In this document: piece by piece, positions 35,358 to 44,539 of the stretch | Layout of the letters: the number at the start of each line of letters is the position of its first letter | Numbering within the stretch: the first letter of the stretch is position 1 | Assembly: GCA_028875345.1 (NCBI GenBank) | Contig: JAPPEG010000041.1 | Span: forward strand, 874 to 64,873 | Length of the DNA: 64,000 nt | Direction: 5' to 3' | Source of the DNA: Gemmatimonadota bacterium | GTDB lineage: Bacteria; Latescibacterota; UBA2968; UBA8231 | The notes under the pieces: generated by a model | Told to the model about the DNA's origin: nothing | Seen by the model: the letters and a program-made list of their open reading frames with translations, nothing else | Database searches by the model: none | Position numbers and translations under genes: made by a program

Positions 35358-37547
35358 ATGCAGGATCCCATGGCCGAAACCACTCCCACACATCCTCCGG
35401 CTCCTACTTACTTGGACGAGCTCGTCAAGCAGGCAGGCGACGAAGAGCGGCTGGAAGCGCTGCTGATCGAGGTCGCCTCCTGCAACGACCAAGCCGATTT
35501 CGCGCTGATCAATCGCGCCTACCACTTTGCCAAGGAGCATCACAAGGACCAGGTTCGCAAGTCCGGCGAGCCATTCATAGCCCATTGTGTCGAAGTGGCC
35601 CGAATTTTAGCGCAACTCCGCATGGACCACACTACGGTCGCCGCCGGGCTCTTGCACGACGTCATCGAGGATACGCCGGCCACGTATGCGGAGGTCGCCG
35701 AACAATTCGGCGAAGAGATCGCCGAACTGATTAACGGGGTTACCAAAATCGATCAGATAACCTGCGAAAGCCGCGAGGAACGCCAAGCCGAGACCTATCG
35801 CAAATTGCTGATCTCCATGTTCAAAGACATTCGCGTCATATTCATTAAGCTGGCCGATCGCTTGCACAACATGCGCACGCTCCAATACCTAAGCCCCCAA
35901 TCCCGCGAGCGTACCGCGAGCGAAACGCTCGAAGTGTACGCACCGCTGGCTCACCGCTTTGGGATGGCGCGGATCCGCTGGCAACTGGAGGACCAAAGCC
36001 TCAAGTTTCTCGAACCCGAAATGTACCGAGAGTTGCGCAACAAGGTGGCCATGACGCGCCAAGAGCGCGAAGACGATATAAAGGAATTTCACATCCCTCT
36101 CGAGGAACGCCTGCACGCCGATGGCATTAAGGCCGAGTTTACGAGCCGCGCCAAGAACTTCTACAGTATCTACAATAAGATGAAGGTACGCGGCAAGTCC
36201 TTTGAGGAAATCTACGACCTGCTGGCCGTGCGCATCATCACCGACACCGTGGGCGAATGCTATCAAATCCTCGGTTTGGTCCACAACATTTACACCCCCA
36301 ACAACAGGCGCTTCAAAGACTATATATCGACACCCAAGAGCAACATGTACCAGTCGTTGCACACGTCGGTGCTCGGCCCCAAAGGTCAATACGTCGAAGT
36401 GCAAATCCGCACCGCGCAGATGCACGACACGGCTGAAATCGGCATCGCCGCCCACTGGCGCTACAAATCCAACAACAAGGTGCCCGGTGCCTTCAATCTG
36501 AGTTGGCTGAAACAATTTGGTGACTGGGAACAGGAGGCCCCCAACCCGCTCGAATTTATGGAAAACCTGAAGGCCGAGTTGGCGTCTCAGGACGAGATTT
36601 TCGTCTTTACCCCCAAAGGCGACCTACATCAGCTACCCAAGGGGGCCACGCCGGTCGACTTCGCCTTTGCCATCCACACCGACATTGGGCTGCACTGCGA
36701 GAGGGCCAAGGTAAACGACCAAGTCGTGCCACTAAGTACGACGTTGAGCAGCGGTGAAATCGTGGAGATTGTCACGAAGCCGCAGCAAAAACCCACACTC
36801 GCTTGGCTAGATCAGGTCAAGACCGCCAAGGCTCGTCAAGCCATCCGCCACTGGCTGAGGAAGGAGCAATACGACCACAACGTACGTCTTGGCAAGGATG
36901 AGCTCGACAGAGGGTTGAAGTCCTATCGGCCCGCCGGCCCACCTGATCTCGATGCCGTGGCTAAGGAGTTCGGGTTCAGCGACGCCGAGCACCTCTGTGC
37001 GGCCCTCGGCAACGGGGATCTGTCAGTTGGCAAGGTCATCAGCAGAATAGCCCCGCTCAAGCCCATGCGGCGCGTAATACGGCCCCAAGACCGCAGAGAC
37101 ATCCGCATCCAAGGCATGAAAAACCTGATGATCCAATTCGGCAAGTGCTGTGATCCCATCCCGGGCGACGAGATTGTTGGCCTAGTCACCCGAGGCCGCG
37201 GCGTCACGGTCCACCGCACCGACTGTTACAACATCGGTCGGATTTCCGCTGAGCCAGACCGCCTGCTCAAGGTGGATTGGGAATTGGATGGCGAACCGGC
37301 TTTCACCGTTTATCTTCGCACTCGTAGTCGGGACCGCAAGTCCTTACTCGCGGACATCTCGGGAGCGATCAGCACCGTCGGCTGCAACATCCGCGAATCC
37401 AACACCCACACCGATGGCCACATCGCCGAACAGGACTTCTGGATCGACGTCGCCGACAACGAGCAACTGCGCCAAGCCATAGACCAAATCGAGCACATCG
37501 AGGGCGTTTTGGAAGTGCTGCGCGTAGATGAGCCGACAAACAGTTAG
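35358..37547 (+). CDS. relA: bifunctional (p)ppGpp synthetase/hydrolase RelA/SpoT homologue
   Basis: 729 aa. HD domain (LLHDVIEDT), synthetase domain, and TGS and ACT regions in the canonical order. An alternative start is at 35370. Confidence 0.9.
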   Translation: MQDPMAETTPTHPPAPTYLDELVKQAGDEERLEALLIEVASCNDQADFALINRAYHFAKEHHKDQVRKSGEPFIAHCVEVARILAQLRMDHTTVAAGLLHDVIEDTPATYAEVAEQFGEEIAELINGVTKIDQITCESREERQAETYRKLLISMFKDIRVIFIKLADRLHNMRTLQYLSPQSRERTASETLEVYAPLAHRFGMARIRWQLEDQSLKFLEPEMYRELRNKVAMTRQEREDDIKEFHIPLEERLHADGIKAEFTSRAKNFYSIYNKMKVRGKSFEEIYDLLAVRIITDTVGECYQILGLVHNIYTPNNRRFKDYISTPKSNMYQSLHTSVLGPKGQYVEVQIRTAQMHDTAEIGIAAHWRYKSNNKVPGAFNLSWLKQFGDWEQEAPNPLEFMENLKAELASQDEIFVFTPKGDLHQLPKGATPVDFAFAIHTDIGLHCERAKVNDQVVPLSTTLSSGEIVEIVTKPQQKPTLAWLDQVKTAKARQAIRHWLRKEQYDHNVRLGKDELDRGLKSYRPAGPPDLDAVAKEFGFSDAEHLCAALGNGDLSVGKVISRIAPLKPMRRVIRPQDRRDIRIQGMKNLMIQFGKCCDPIPGDEIVGLVTRGRGVTVHRTDCYNIGRISAEPDRLLKVDWELDGEPAFTVYLRTRSRDRKSLLADISGAISTVGCNIRESNTHTDGHIAEQDFWIDVADNEQLRQAIDQIEHIEGVLEVLRVDEPTNS

Positions 37548-37549
37548 TC

Positions 37550-38614
37550 GTGTCGGACCTGTTCCGCCCCAATATCGCTCGCCTGCGCGGGTACGTCCCT
37601 GGGGAACAGCCCCGCGAAAAGGGCTATATCAAGCTCAATACTAACGAAAACCCCTACCCACCCTCCCCCTTAGTGCTCGCGCGGCTGCGCGATGCCTGCT
37701 CAGCTAATCTGCGCCTCTATCCCGACCCAGACGCTTGGGCCCTGCGCCGCAAGTTGGGCGAGGTGTTCGCCATTGCCCCCCAACAGATCATGGCCGGCAA
37801 CGGCTCGGACGAACTGCTCAACGTCATTATCCGCAGCTTTGCCAGCGAGGGAGACAAAATCGCCTATCCCCATCCCACGTACGGCTACTACAAGCCGCTG
37901 ATCGATATCCAAGGAGCGGAGGCGGTTCCGGTCGAGTTCGGCGAGGATTTCTCCCTGCCCGAGGGCCTAGCTGTGTCCGGGGCTCGCATCACCTTTCTCG
38001 CCAATCCCAATGCGCCCTCGGGCACCCTTGTGTCCTACGACGAGGTCGCCGCGCTCTGTGCACGGGTTGACGGCGTCTTGGTCGTAGATGAGGCGTATGT
38101 CGATTTTTCGCAGGGCGGCTGCATTCAGCTCATCGCAGAACACCCCAACGCCATCGTCGTGCGCACCATGTCCAAGTCCTTTTCCCTCGCCGGTATGCGC
38201 ATTGGATTTACCTTTGCCCCAGCCGCACTGATCGAGGGGATGTGGAAGGTCAAGGACCACTACAATCTCAATCGGCTGAGCTTGGTGGCCGCCGAGGCTG
38301 CCCTAGAAGATATCGACGCAATGCGCGCAAACGCCGCCCGCGTCTGCGCGACGCGCGCGCGCCTGTGTGCTGAGCTGCGGACGTTGGGTTTTTACGTGTG
38401 GGATTCGCAGGCGAACTTCGTGCTCGCTAGGCTCGGCGAATGCTGGGTTAGCTGCGCCGCTGCCAGACTCTACGCGGAACTCAAAGAGCGCCGGATCTTG
38501 GTGCGCTACTTTGCCACACCGCCGCGCTTAGCGGACTGCCTGCGAATCTCGGTGGGTACGGATGCAGAGATAGACGCGCTGTTGGCGGCCCTAAAAGAGC
38601 TATCACCCATTTAA
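37550..38614 (+). CDS. hisC: histidinol-phosphate aminotransferase
   Basis: 354 aa with a GTG start 2 nt after the relA stop. Carries LNTNENPYPPS and the PLP-lysine motif MSKSFSLAGMRIG. Confidence 0.9.
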   Translation: MSDLFRPNIARLRGYVPGEQPREKGYIKLNTNENPYPPSPLVLARLRDACSANLRLYPDPDAWALRRKLGEVFAIAPQQIMAGNGSDELLNVIIRSFASEGDKIAYPHPTYGYYKPLIDIQGAEAVPVEFGEDFSLPEGLAVSGARITFLANPNAPSGTLVSYDEVAALCARVDGVLVVDEAYVDFSQGGCIQLIAEHPNAIVVRTMSKSFSLAGMRIGFTFAPAALIEGMWKVKDHYNLNRLSLVAAEAALEDIDAMRANAARVCATRARLCAELRTLGFYVWDSQANFVLARLGECWVSCAAARLYAELKERRILVRYFATPPRLADCLRISVGTDAEIDALLAALKELSPI

Positions 38615-39571
38615 GCGCTCGGCAATGCGCGGGGTGCGCCCGCCGCGCTGGTGCATGCTGGCGATCATGTCTCCCAAAAAGCCGATGGAGAAGCACTGAA
38701 TGCCGACGATGATCAGCAGAATGCCCAGCATGAGCAGGGGATGGCGGTTTTGGATGTTGCCGTGCTCGTAGCGCAGCAAGGCCACATAGGCGCAGATGAC
38801 CGATCCGCAAAGCGTGGAGATGAGCCCCAAGCTGCCGAAGACGTGCATGGGCATGGTCATAAAGCGCACGACGAAGGTCACGGTCAGCAGATCTAAAAAC
38901 CCGTTTAGCAACCGCTTGGCTCCGAATTTGGAATGGCCGAAGCGGCGGGGATGGTGCTGCACCGGGATCTCGCCGACTCGATAGCCCATCCAGTGGGCCA
39001 CGGCGGGCAAGAACCGATACAATTCTCCGTAGAGATAAGGCAACACATCTTCGGCCACCTCGCGCCGATACGCCTTGAGGCCGCAGTTGAAATCGCGCAG
39101 GCGCACCCCGGAGACCAGCGAGGTAATCCAGTTGAACAAGCGGGAGGGGAGGGTCTTGCTCAGAGGGTCGCGGCGCTTGGCCTTCCAGCCCGAGACCAAG
39201 TCGCAATCGCGGTTGAGCTCGTCCAGCAGCCGAGGGATTTCGCGGGGGTCGTCTTGCAGGTCGGCGTCCATGGTGACGATGACTCGGCCGCGCGCCTGCT
39301 TAAAACCAGCGGCGAGGGCTGCGGCCTTGCGGTAGTTGCGGCGGAAGCGCAAGGCGCACACCTGCGGATGCTGCTTGGCCAACTCGCCCAAGACGGCAAA
39401 CGAGCCGTCCGTACTCCCGTCATCCACGAAAATGGCTTCCCAGGCCCATTCCGCAGGCGCCAGAGCGCTAGCGATCTGGACCCACAGGTGGGGTAGGCTT
39501 TCCTCTTCGTTGAAAACGGGAATGACGAGGGACAGAAAAACATCCCCTGCCGCTTCTTTCTCTTGGCCCAT
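38603..39571 (-). CDS. polyprenyl-phosphate glycosyltransferase (GT2, ArnC/GtrB-like) with C-terminal TM helices
   Basis: The ATG at 39571 follows AGGAG. Carries LSLVIPVFNEEESL and DADLQDDP, plus two C-terminal hydrophobic helices. Confidence 0.85.
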   Translation of the reverse strand: MGQEKEAAGDVFLSLVIPVFNEEESLPHLWVQIASALAPAEWAWEAIFVDDGSTDGSFAVLGELAKQHPQVCALRFRRNYRKAAALAAGFKQARGRVIVTMDADLQDDPREIPRLLDELNRDCDLVSGWKAKRRDPLSKTLPSRLFNWITSLVSGVRLRDFNCGLKAYRREVAEDVLPYLYGELYRFLPAVAHWMGYRVGEIPVQHHPRRFGHSKFGAKRLLNGFLDLLTVTFVVRFMTMPMHVFGSLGLISTLCGSVICAYVALLRYEHGNIQNRHPLLMLGILLIIVGIQCFSIGFLGDMIASMHQRGGRTPRIAERLNG

Positions 39572-39646
39572 AGTCTCCTCTCTTGCAAGCAAGTGCCTCC
39601 ACAATAAAACAATCGCCGATTGCTGAACACAAACCGGCCGATTCCC

Positions 39647-39676
39647 TTGACACTTGCGTTCCTCCAACGGTATATA
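39647..39676 (+). promoter_or_regulatory. candidate promoter TTGACA-18-TATATA ending 5 nt before the mpl ATG (leaderless configuration)
   Basis: Hexamers at 39647-39652 and 39671-39676. No Shine-Dalgarno lies between the promoter and the ATG at 39682. Confidence 0.35.
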
Positions 39677-39681
39677 CGGTC

Positions 39682-41109
39682 ATGCAGCTTCCATTGGGTT
39701 CCCACATTCACTTGATCGCTGCTTGCGGTACGGCTATGGGATCTTTGGCCGGCATGCTGCGCGAGCAGGGGTATCGCGTCACCGGGTCGGACAGCCACGT
39801 CTATCCTCCGATGAGCACCATGCTCGAGGATTTGGGGATCGACGTACGGGCTGGCTTCGCGGCGGATCACCTAGTGCCGACGCCAGATTTGGTCGTCATT
39901 GGCAACGCAATCTCGCGTGGCAACCCAGAAGCCGAGGCCGTACTCTCGCGCCGGATCCCGTACTTGTCGCTGCCGGAAGTGCTGCGCGATTTCTTCATCC
40001 GAGGCAAGCGCTCGGTGGTGGTAACTGGAACCCACGGCAAGACCACCACTACCGCGCTCATCGCCCACCTCTTCACCGCTTGCGGCCTAGATCCTTCCTT
40101 TCTCGTCGCCGGGGTGCCGCAAAACTTCGACCGCTCCTACCGGCTCGGTCAAGGCGAGCACTTCATCGTCGAAGGCGATGAATACGACAGCGCCTTCTTT
40201 GCCAAGTGGGCGAAGTTTTTCTACTACCTCCCCGAGGTGCTAATCGTCAACAACATTGAATTCGACCACGCCGACATCTACCAGGACCTTGCCGAAATCG
40301 TCAAGGCCTTCCGTCAGCTCGTCAACATGGTGCCGCAAAACGGTTTGATTCTAGCCAACGGCACCGACCCCAATATCGCTGAACTCCTCCCCGCCGCGCT
40401 GGCACCGGTGGAGACCTTTGGCCTCGAAGAAGGCGCATTTTGGCGCGCCACCAACCTTCAGGCCAGTGCCGAGGGGACGCGCTTCACCTTGTGCCGGTCG
40501 GGGCGGGAGGTGGGAGTTTTCGACTTGCCGCTGAGCGGCGATTACAATGTCTGCAATGCGCTCGCTAGCTTGGCCACTGGTTTCCACGCTGGCTTGACTG
40601 CCGGCGATCTGCGCGCGGCCCTAGCCAACTTTGCTGGCGTCAAACGCCGACAAGAGCAGATTGGCCTGATTGACGACGTTCTCCTCATCGACGATTTCGC
40701 CCACCATCCCACTGCGGTCGGCCATACTCTAGAGGGACTGCGTCGGTCCCATCCCCACCGCAGGCTCGTCGTGGTTTTCGAACCGGCCAGCGCGACCAAC
40801 GCCCGTGCAATCTTTGAGGATCGCTATGTCGAGGCGTTCGCCTTGGCCGACGTTTTTGTCGCAACTGCGGTCCCCCGTCCCGAACGCGCCCGGGACGACG
40901 AGCCGTTCTCGCCCGAGCGTTTAGTAGAGCGTCTCCGTGCCACCGGCAAGCCAGCGCATTACCTACCCGATGTCGAATCAATGGCCGCTTTTTTAGCTGC
41001 GGAAGCCCGTCTAGGCGATTTGGTGGTTTTTATGAGCAATGGCGGTTTCGGCGGTTTGCAGCAGAAGCTGTGTGCGGCACTCATAGCCCGTGCGCCCTGT
41101 ATCGACTAG
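39682..41109 (+). CDS. mpl: UDP-N-acetylmuramate:L-alanyl-gamma-D-glutamyl-meso-diaminopimelate ligase
   Basis: Carries HIHLIAACGTAMGSLAGMLREQGYRVTGSD and VTGTHGKTTT, a Mur-ligase architecture typical of Mpl. Confidence 0.9.
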   Translation: MQLPLGSHIHLIAACGTAMGSLAGMLREQGYRVTGSDSHVYPPMSTMLEDLGIDVRAGFAADHLVPTPDLVVIGNAISRGNPEAEAVLSRRIPYLSLPEVLRDFFIRGKRSVVVTGTHGKTTTTALIAHLFTACGLDPSFLVAGVPQNFDRSYRLGQGEHFIVEGDEYDSAFFAKWAKFFYYLPEVLIVNNIEFDHADIYQDLAEIVKAFRQLVNMVPQNGLILANGTDPNIAELLPAALAPVETFGLEEGAFWRATNLQASAEGTRFTLCRSGREVGVFDLPLSGDYNVCNALASLATGFHAGLTAGDLRAALANFAGVKRRQEQIGLIDDVLLIDDFAHHPTAVGHTLEGLRRSHPHRRLVVVFEPASATNARAIFEDRYVEAFALADVFVATAVPRPERARDDEPFSPERLVERLRATGKPAHYLPDVESMAAFLAAEARLGDLVVFMSNGGFGGLQQKLCAALIARAPCID

Positions 41110-41237
41110 GTGTCAGAACTGTTGCCGAATAGACGCACTGAGTACGGGTAATACGCGCAATGTAAATTTTGTATTTGTATATTTTACAATATGTTATAAA
41201 AAGTAAAAAATATAGGCACGCATATTGCATTAAGCGC

Positions 41238-41251
41238 ATGGCAATTGCCAT
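41238..41251. promoter_or_regulatory. perfect 14-nt palindrome ATGGCAATTGCCAT upstream of the LTD gene (possible operator)
   Basis: Read directly from the sequence, 24 nt upstream of the ATG at 41275. Confidence 0.25.
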
Positions 41252-41274
41252 CTCACCCCAACCTGGAGGCTGCC

Positions 41275-41949
41275 ATGCGTCCTTTTATTGCCTTTATCTT
41301 TTTTGCTCTCGCCGCACCTGTCGCGGCCCAACCCGGCCCAGTCGTCATATCCGAGTTGATGTGGTCGGGTAGTACGGCATCTACTGCCGACGAGTGGATC
41401 GAACTCTACAACGCCAGCAATGCGGCGATTGATCTGGTCGGCTGGACTTTGATCTACCGCAGCGGCGACGAGGACAAGGTTATGTTCGTGCTTGACGCTG
41501 CGGTGATCCCCGCCGGACAGACCTTTCTCATCGCTAACTACGCTGCCAATCACAAAAACTCCCTCCTCGCCGTCGAGCCTCAGCGCGTTGATGCCGCCGT
41601 TTCGCTGCCCAATACCAAGCTGCTCTTACAGCTATACGATGGCGACCCGCAAGCTGGGGGCCAGCTCATCGACGTAGCCGACGATGGCCGCGGGGCCCCT
41701 TTCGCCGGTGACTCAGCCAGCAAAAGCTCCATGGTGCGCATCGCCTTTGACCAGCCCGGCGACCAGCCCGAAAGCTGGGCGACTGCGACCGAACAAAGCG
41801 GCTGGGATGCGGGTGCCAGCGAGTTGGGTACGCCGGGATCCATTCCTGCGTACCTGCTCCCGGAAGGGGGTGAAGCGCCCGAGCCCGTCGTGGGAACGAA
41901 CATTTTACCGATGTCTTGGGCTTCAGTAAAAGGGCATCTATATCCGTAG
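41275..41949 (+). CDS. secreted lamin-tail-domain (LTD) protein
   Basis: Signal peptide MRPFIAFIFFALAAPVAAQ, then ISELMWSGS...DEWIELYNASNAAIDLVGWTL, typical of LTD. Confidence 0.75.
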   Translation: MRPFIAFIFFALAAPVAAQPGPVVISELMWSGSTASTADEWIELYNASNAAIDLVGWTLIYRSGDEDKVMFVLDAAVIPAGQTFLIANYAANHKNSLLAVEPQRVDAAVSLPNTKLLLQLYDGDPQAGGQLIDVADDGRGAPFAGDSASKSSMVRIAFDQPGDQPESWATATEQSGWDAGASELGTPGSIPAYLLPEGGEAPEPVVGTNILPMSWASVKGHLYP

Positions 41950-41965
41950 TGCGGATTGCAGAACA

Positions 41966-41996
41966 AAGGGCACCTACTTGCGGTAGGTGCCCTTTT
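41966..41996 (+). terminator. intrinsic terminator of the LTD gene
   Basis: 12-bp stem AAGGGCACCTAC/GTAGGTGCCCTT with a 5-nt loop and a T-run. Confidence 0.75.
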
Positions 41997-42002
41997 ATCG
42001 CT

Positions 42003-42045
42003 AAAAAAAGGCCGTGGAAGCTGAGATGCGCTTCGCACGGCCTTT
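42003..42045 (-). terminator. intrinsic terminator downstream of tRNA-Val (minus strand)
   Basis: Stem AAAGGCCGTG/CACGGCCTTT with inner GAAGC/GCTTC pairing. A T7 run follows on the minus strand. Confidence 0.6.
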
Positions 42046-42050
42046 AACGA

Positions 42051-42127
42051 TGGTGGGCAATCGCAGATTTGAACTGCGGACCTCCGGTATGTGAGACCGG
42101 CGCTCTAACCAACTGAGCTAATCGCCC
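42051..42127 (-). tRNA. tRNA-Val (anticodon CAC), CCA encoded
   Basis: 77 nt. The hand-folded cloverleaf has acceptor GGGCGAT/ATTGCCC, anticodon arm CCGGT-CTCACAT-ACCGG and T arm CGCAG-TTCAAAT-CTGCG. Confidence 0.9.
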
Positions 42128-42164
42128 AAGAGCGTCTTTAAATTAGTCTCCAACGGCTACTGAG

Positions 42165-44360
42165 TCAATGTCCCTTGTGCCCGGCGGCAAAGTGGAATTT
42201 CGGCAGGACTACTTCAGTTGCCAACGGGTGACCCTCGCGCAGGCGGTACGCTCTGTCGAGATTCAGTCCCTGCCAGCGCTGCGCCTGATGGGTCGTCGGC
42301 CAGATGATTTCCACGAAGACCAATCCCGTGGCGTTCCCCAGACCGAGGTGCGGAGCGAGCGGGTTGGCCCCAAAGCTGCCGCCCGAACCGATGAGGTGGT
42401 GGATGTCGCGGGTACTGCCGTCTGGTCGCCGCACGCGCACGCGCACGCGGCCGCCAATAGCACCTCGGTTCGACTGCACGCCCTGGGGAAACAGCCGCAG
42501 CCAGCGATTGCCATGTCCGGGATTTTCGTAGAGCACATTCTGGTAGAGGTCGCCTTCAAAGGCTCCGCCCATGACCTCGAAGACGTCTTGGTCCCCATCG
42601 TTGTCAAAGTCGGCAAAGGATACGCCGTGCCCTTTCTGCACGTTGCCGAAGCCGCCTGTTGTGGTGACGTCCAAAAACCGCGCGCCACCGTCGTTGCGCA
42701 ACATGCGGTTGGGCGTGAGGGAGCGCAGATCGGGAATCCCAGTGCCGACGTAGCAGTCGGGGAACCCATCATTGTCCAAGTCGCCGTAGTTGGCACCCAT
42801 AGCTAGTATGACTTGGCCAAAGCTCCCCAGCGCTTCGGTGACCTCGTTGAAGGTACCGTCGCCGAGGTTGCGATACACGTGGGCGCGATCGGCGGCAAAT
42901 TCCTCGCCGAGGTAGGCACGCGCCATGTCGCCGAGGTCGTCCATGTTGTAGCCGCCGGCAAACAAGTCGAGCCAGCCGTCGTTGTCGTAGTCCCAAAACC
43001 AAGTGGGAAAACTCTCGTTCGGCCCCGGTGCGACGACCTCCGCCCCAAAGCGCCAGCCCGCTGGTGTGTCGCCGAGGTTGCAGTAGAGGACGTTTTCTTG
43101 GTAGAACTGAGATACGTATAGGTCGATCAAGCCGTCGTTGTCTATATCGCCCCAGGCAACGCCCTTCACAAAGCCCACGTGATCGACGCCAACTGCGGGA
43201 GCTACATCGACAAACGTGCCATCTCCTTGATTGCGAAACAACTGGCATGGATGGGGCTGCTTGCCGGACTCATTGCCGACGAACAGATCCAACCAGCCAT
43301 CGTTGTCGAAGTCGGCAAAGGCCGCTGCGTGGGTTGGGTGCAAGGAGAACAAGCCGGTGCGCCGCGTCACATCCACAAAGGTGCCGTCGCCGTTGTTGCG
43401 CAACAGAGAGTTTGGCATGCGACCCTCTTCCCCCATCCAAGCACCGCGCAAAACGAGCAGATCGACATCGCCGTCATTGTCGTAGTCGGCCTGTTCGAGG
43501 TTGATCCCCCCGATTTGCCCGGTCAGCCCGGCCCCTGTCGTGGCCTCGGTAAACGTGCCGTCGCCCTCGTTGTGGAAGTAGCGCAGTGGATCGCGCAGTC
43601 CCCACGAGGAGACTGCAATATCGAGCAGACCGTCGCCGTCGAAGTCCTCGACCGCGCTGCCGCCCGCTAGGCCCACAGCCGCGACTCCGGTCGCCGGTGC
43701 CACGTCGCGGAAGCGCTGGATTCCGTCGCTGTGGCTGTCGAATACGCGCGGGGGAATGCGCCAAGGTTCTGGCACCCCTTCCGGGTATTCGCCCAAGGTC
43801 ATGTACGCCAAGTTCAACAACCAGCGCGTTCCCAGATCGCTTGGGCGCTTGTTCAAGTTTATGGTGTAGTGCTCGATGGCGCGGCGGGAGCCTTCCTGCA
43901 AGCGGTGGATGCCGTCGCCGCGGATCGGCAGCAAGCAGGAATCTGTGGTGTGGTTGTGCAGGCAGTTCTCCAACTCACCAAGGCGCAGATAGGCGATGGC
44001 GAGTTGGTCGTGCAGCATGTAGATGAAACCCTCGGTCGCCGGCACCTGCCCTTCCTCTACGGCCGCCAGAACACTTTGCATCTCTTCGATGCCCGCGCGC
44101 AAATCCCCGGCCCGCACCCGCTCTTGGGCAATCCGCAGGCGCATGTTCAGCCGCTTGCCCGCGCTCATCGGTTGTCCCAGCAGGGAACTGAGGCCTTCGA
44201 CGCGAGCTTTGTTCAGATAGATGTTGGCAATGGGATCGGCCCGCTGGGCGAGGCGCGCCAACACCGTCGCCATAAAACGCGAATCCCCGCGATCGACGCC
44301 GGCGTCCGTTTGCCCCCAGACGGCTGTGGCCCATAGCAGGATGGCTATAACGCTCTGCAT
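42165..44360 (-). CDS. CRTAC1-family protein (TPR-like N-terminus, FG-GAP/VCBS repeats, ASPIC/UnbV C-terminal domain)
   Basis: 731 aa. Repeated DFDGDG/DYDNDGDVDL/DFDNDGWLDL/DIDNDG calcium-loop repeats. The C-terminus NRWLRL...GGRVRV...GSGGSF is typical of ASPIC/UnbV. Confidence 0.85.
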   Translation of the reverse strand: MQSVIAILLWATAVWGQTDAGVDRGDSRFMATVLARLAQRADPIANIYLNKARVEGLSSLLGQPMSAGKRLNMRLRIAQERVRAGDLRAGIEEMQSVLAAVEEGQVPATEGFIYMLHDQLAIAYLRLGELENCLHNHTTDSCLLPIRGDGIHRLQEGSRRAIEHYTINLNKRPSDLGTRWLLNLAYMTLGEYPEGVPEPWRIPPRVFDSHSDGIQRFRDVAPATGVAAVGLAGGSAVEDFDGDGLLDIAVSSWGLRDPLRYFHNEGDGTFTEATTGAGLTGQIGGINLEQADYDNDGDVDLLVLRGAWMGEEGRMPNSLLRNNGDGTFVDVTRRTGLFSLHPTHAAAFADFDNDGWLDLFVGNESGKQPHPCQLFRNQGDGTFVDVAPAVGVDHVGFVKGVAWGDIDNDGLIDLYVSQFYQENVLYCNLGDTPAGWRFGAEVVAPGPNESFPTWFWDYDNDGWLDLFAGGYNMDDLGDMARAYLGEEFAADRAHVYRNLGDGTFNEVTEALGSFGQVILAMGANYGDLDNDGFPDCYVGTGIPDLRSLTPNRMLRNDGGARFLDVTTTGGFGNVQKGHGVSFADFDNDGDQDVFEVMGGAFEGDLYQNVLYENPGHGNRWLRLFPQGVQSNRGAIGGRVRVRVRRPDGSTRDIHHLIGSGGSFGANPLAPHLGLGNATGLVFVEIIWPTTHQAQRWQGLNLDRAYRLREGHPLATEVVLPKFHFAAGHKGH

Positions 44361-44423
44361 AAGAAAAAACGGCTACAAAAATTGGCTGCCCAATCCTCGT
44401 AACCGCGCATGTGAGAAAAGTAA

Positions 44424-44500
<77 letters not shown>

Positions 44501-44539
44501 CGTAAAGTAGTTAAAAACCTAGGATTTTTCCCAAGCAGG

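Noticed and set aside
41872-41949. PEP tripeptide near the C-terminus of the LTD protein (possible PEP-CTERM sorting signal).
   Set aside because: The following 20 residues (VVGTNILPMSWASVKGHLYP) are not a hydrophobic TM helix, and there is no terminal Arg/Lys cluster.
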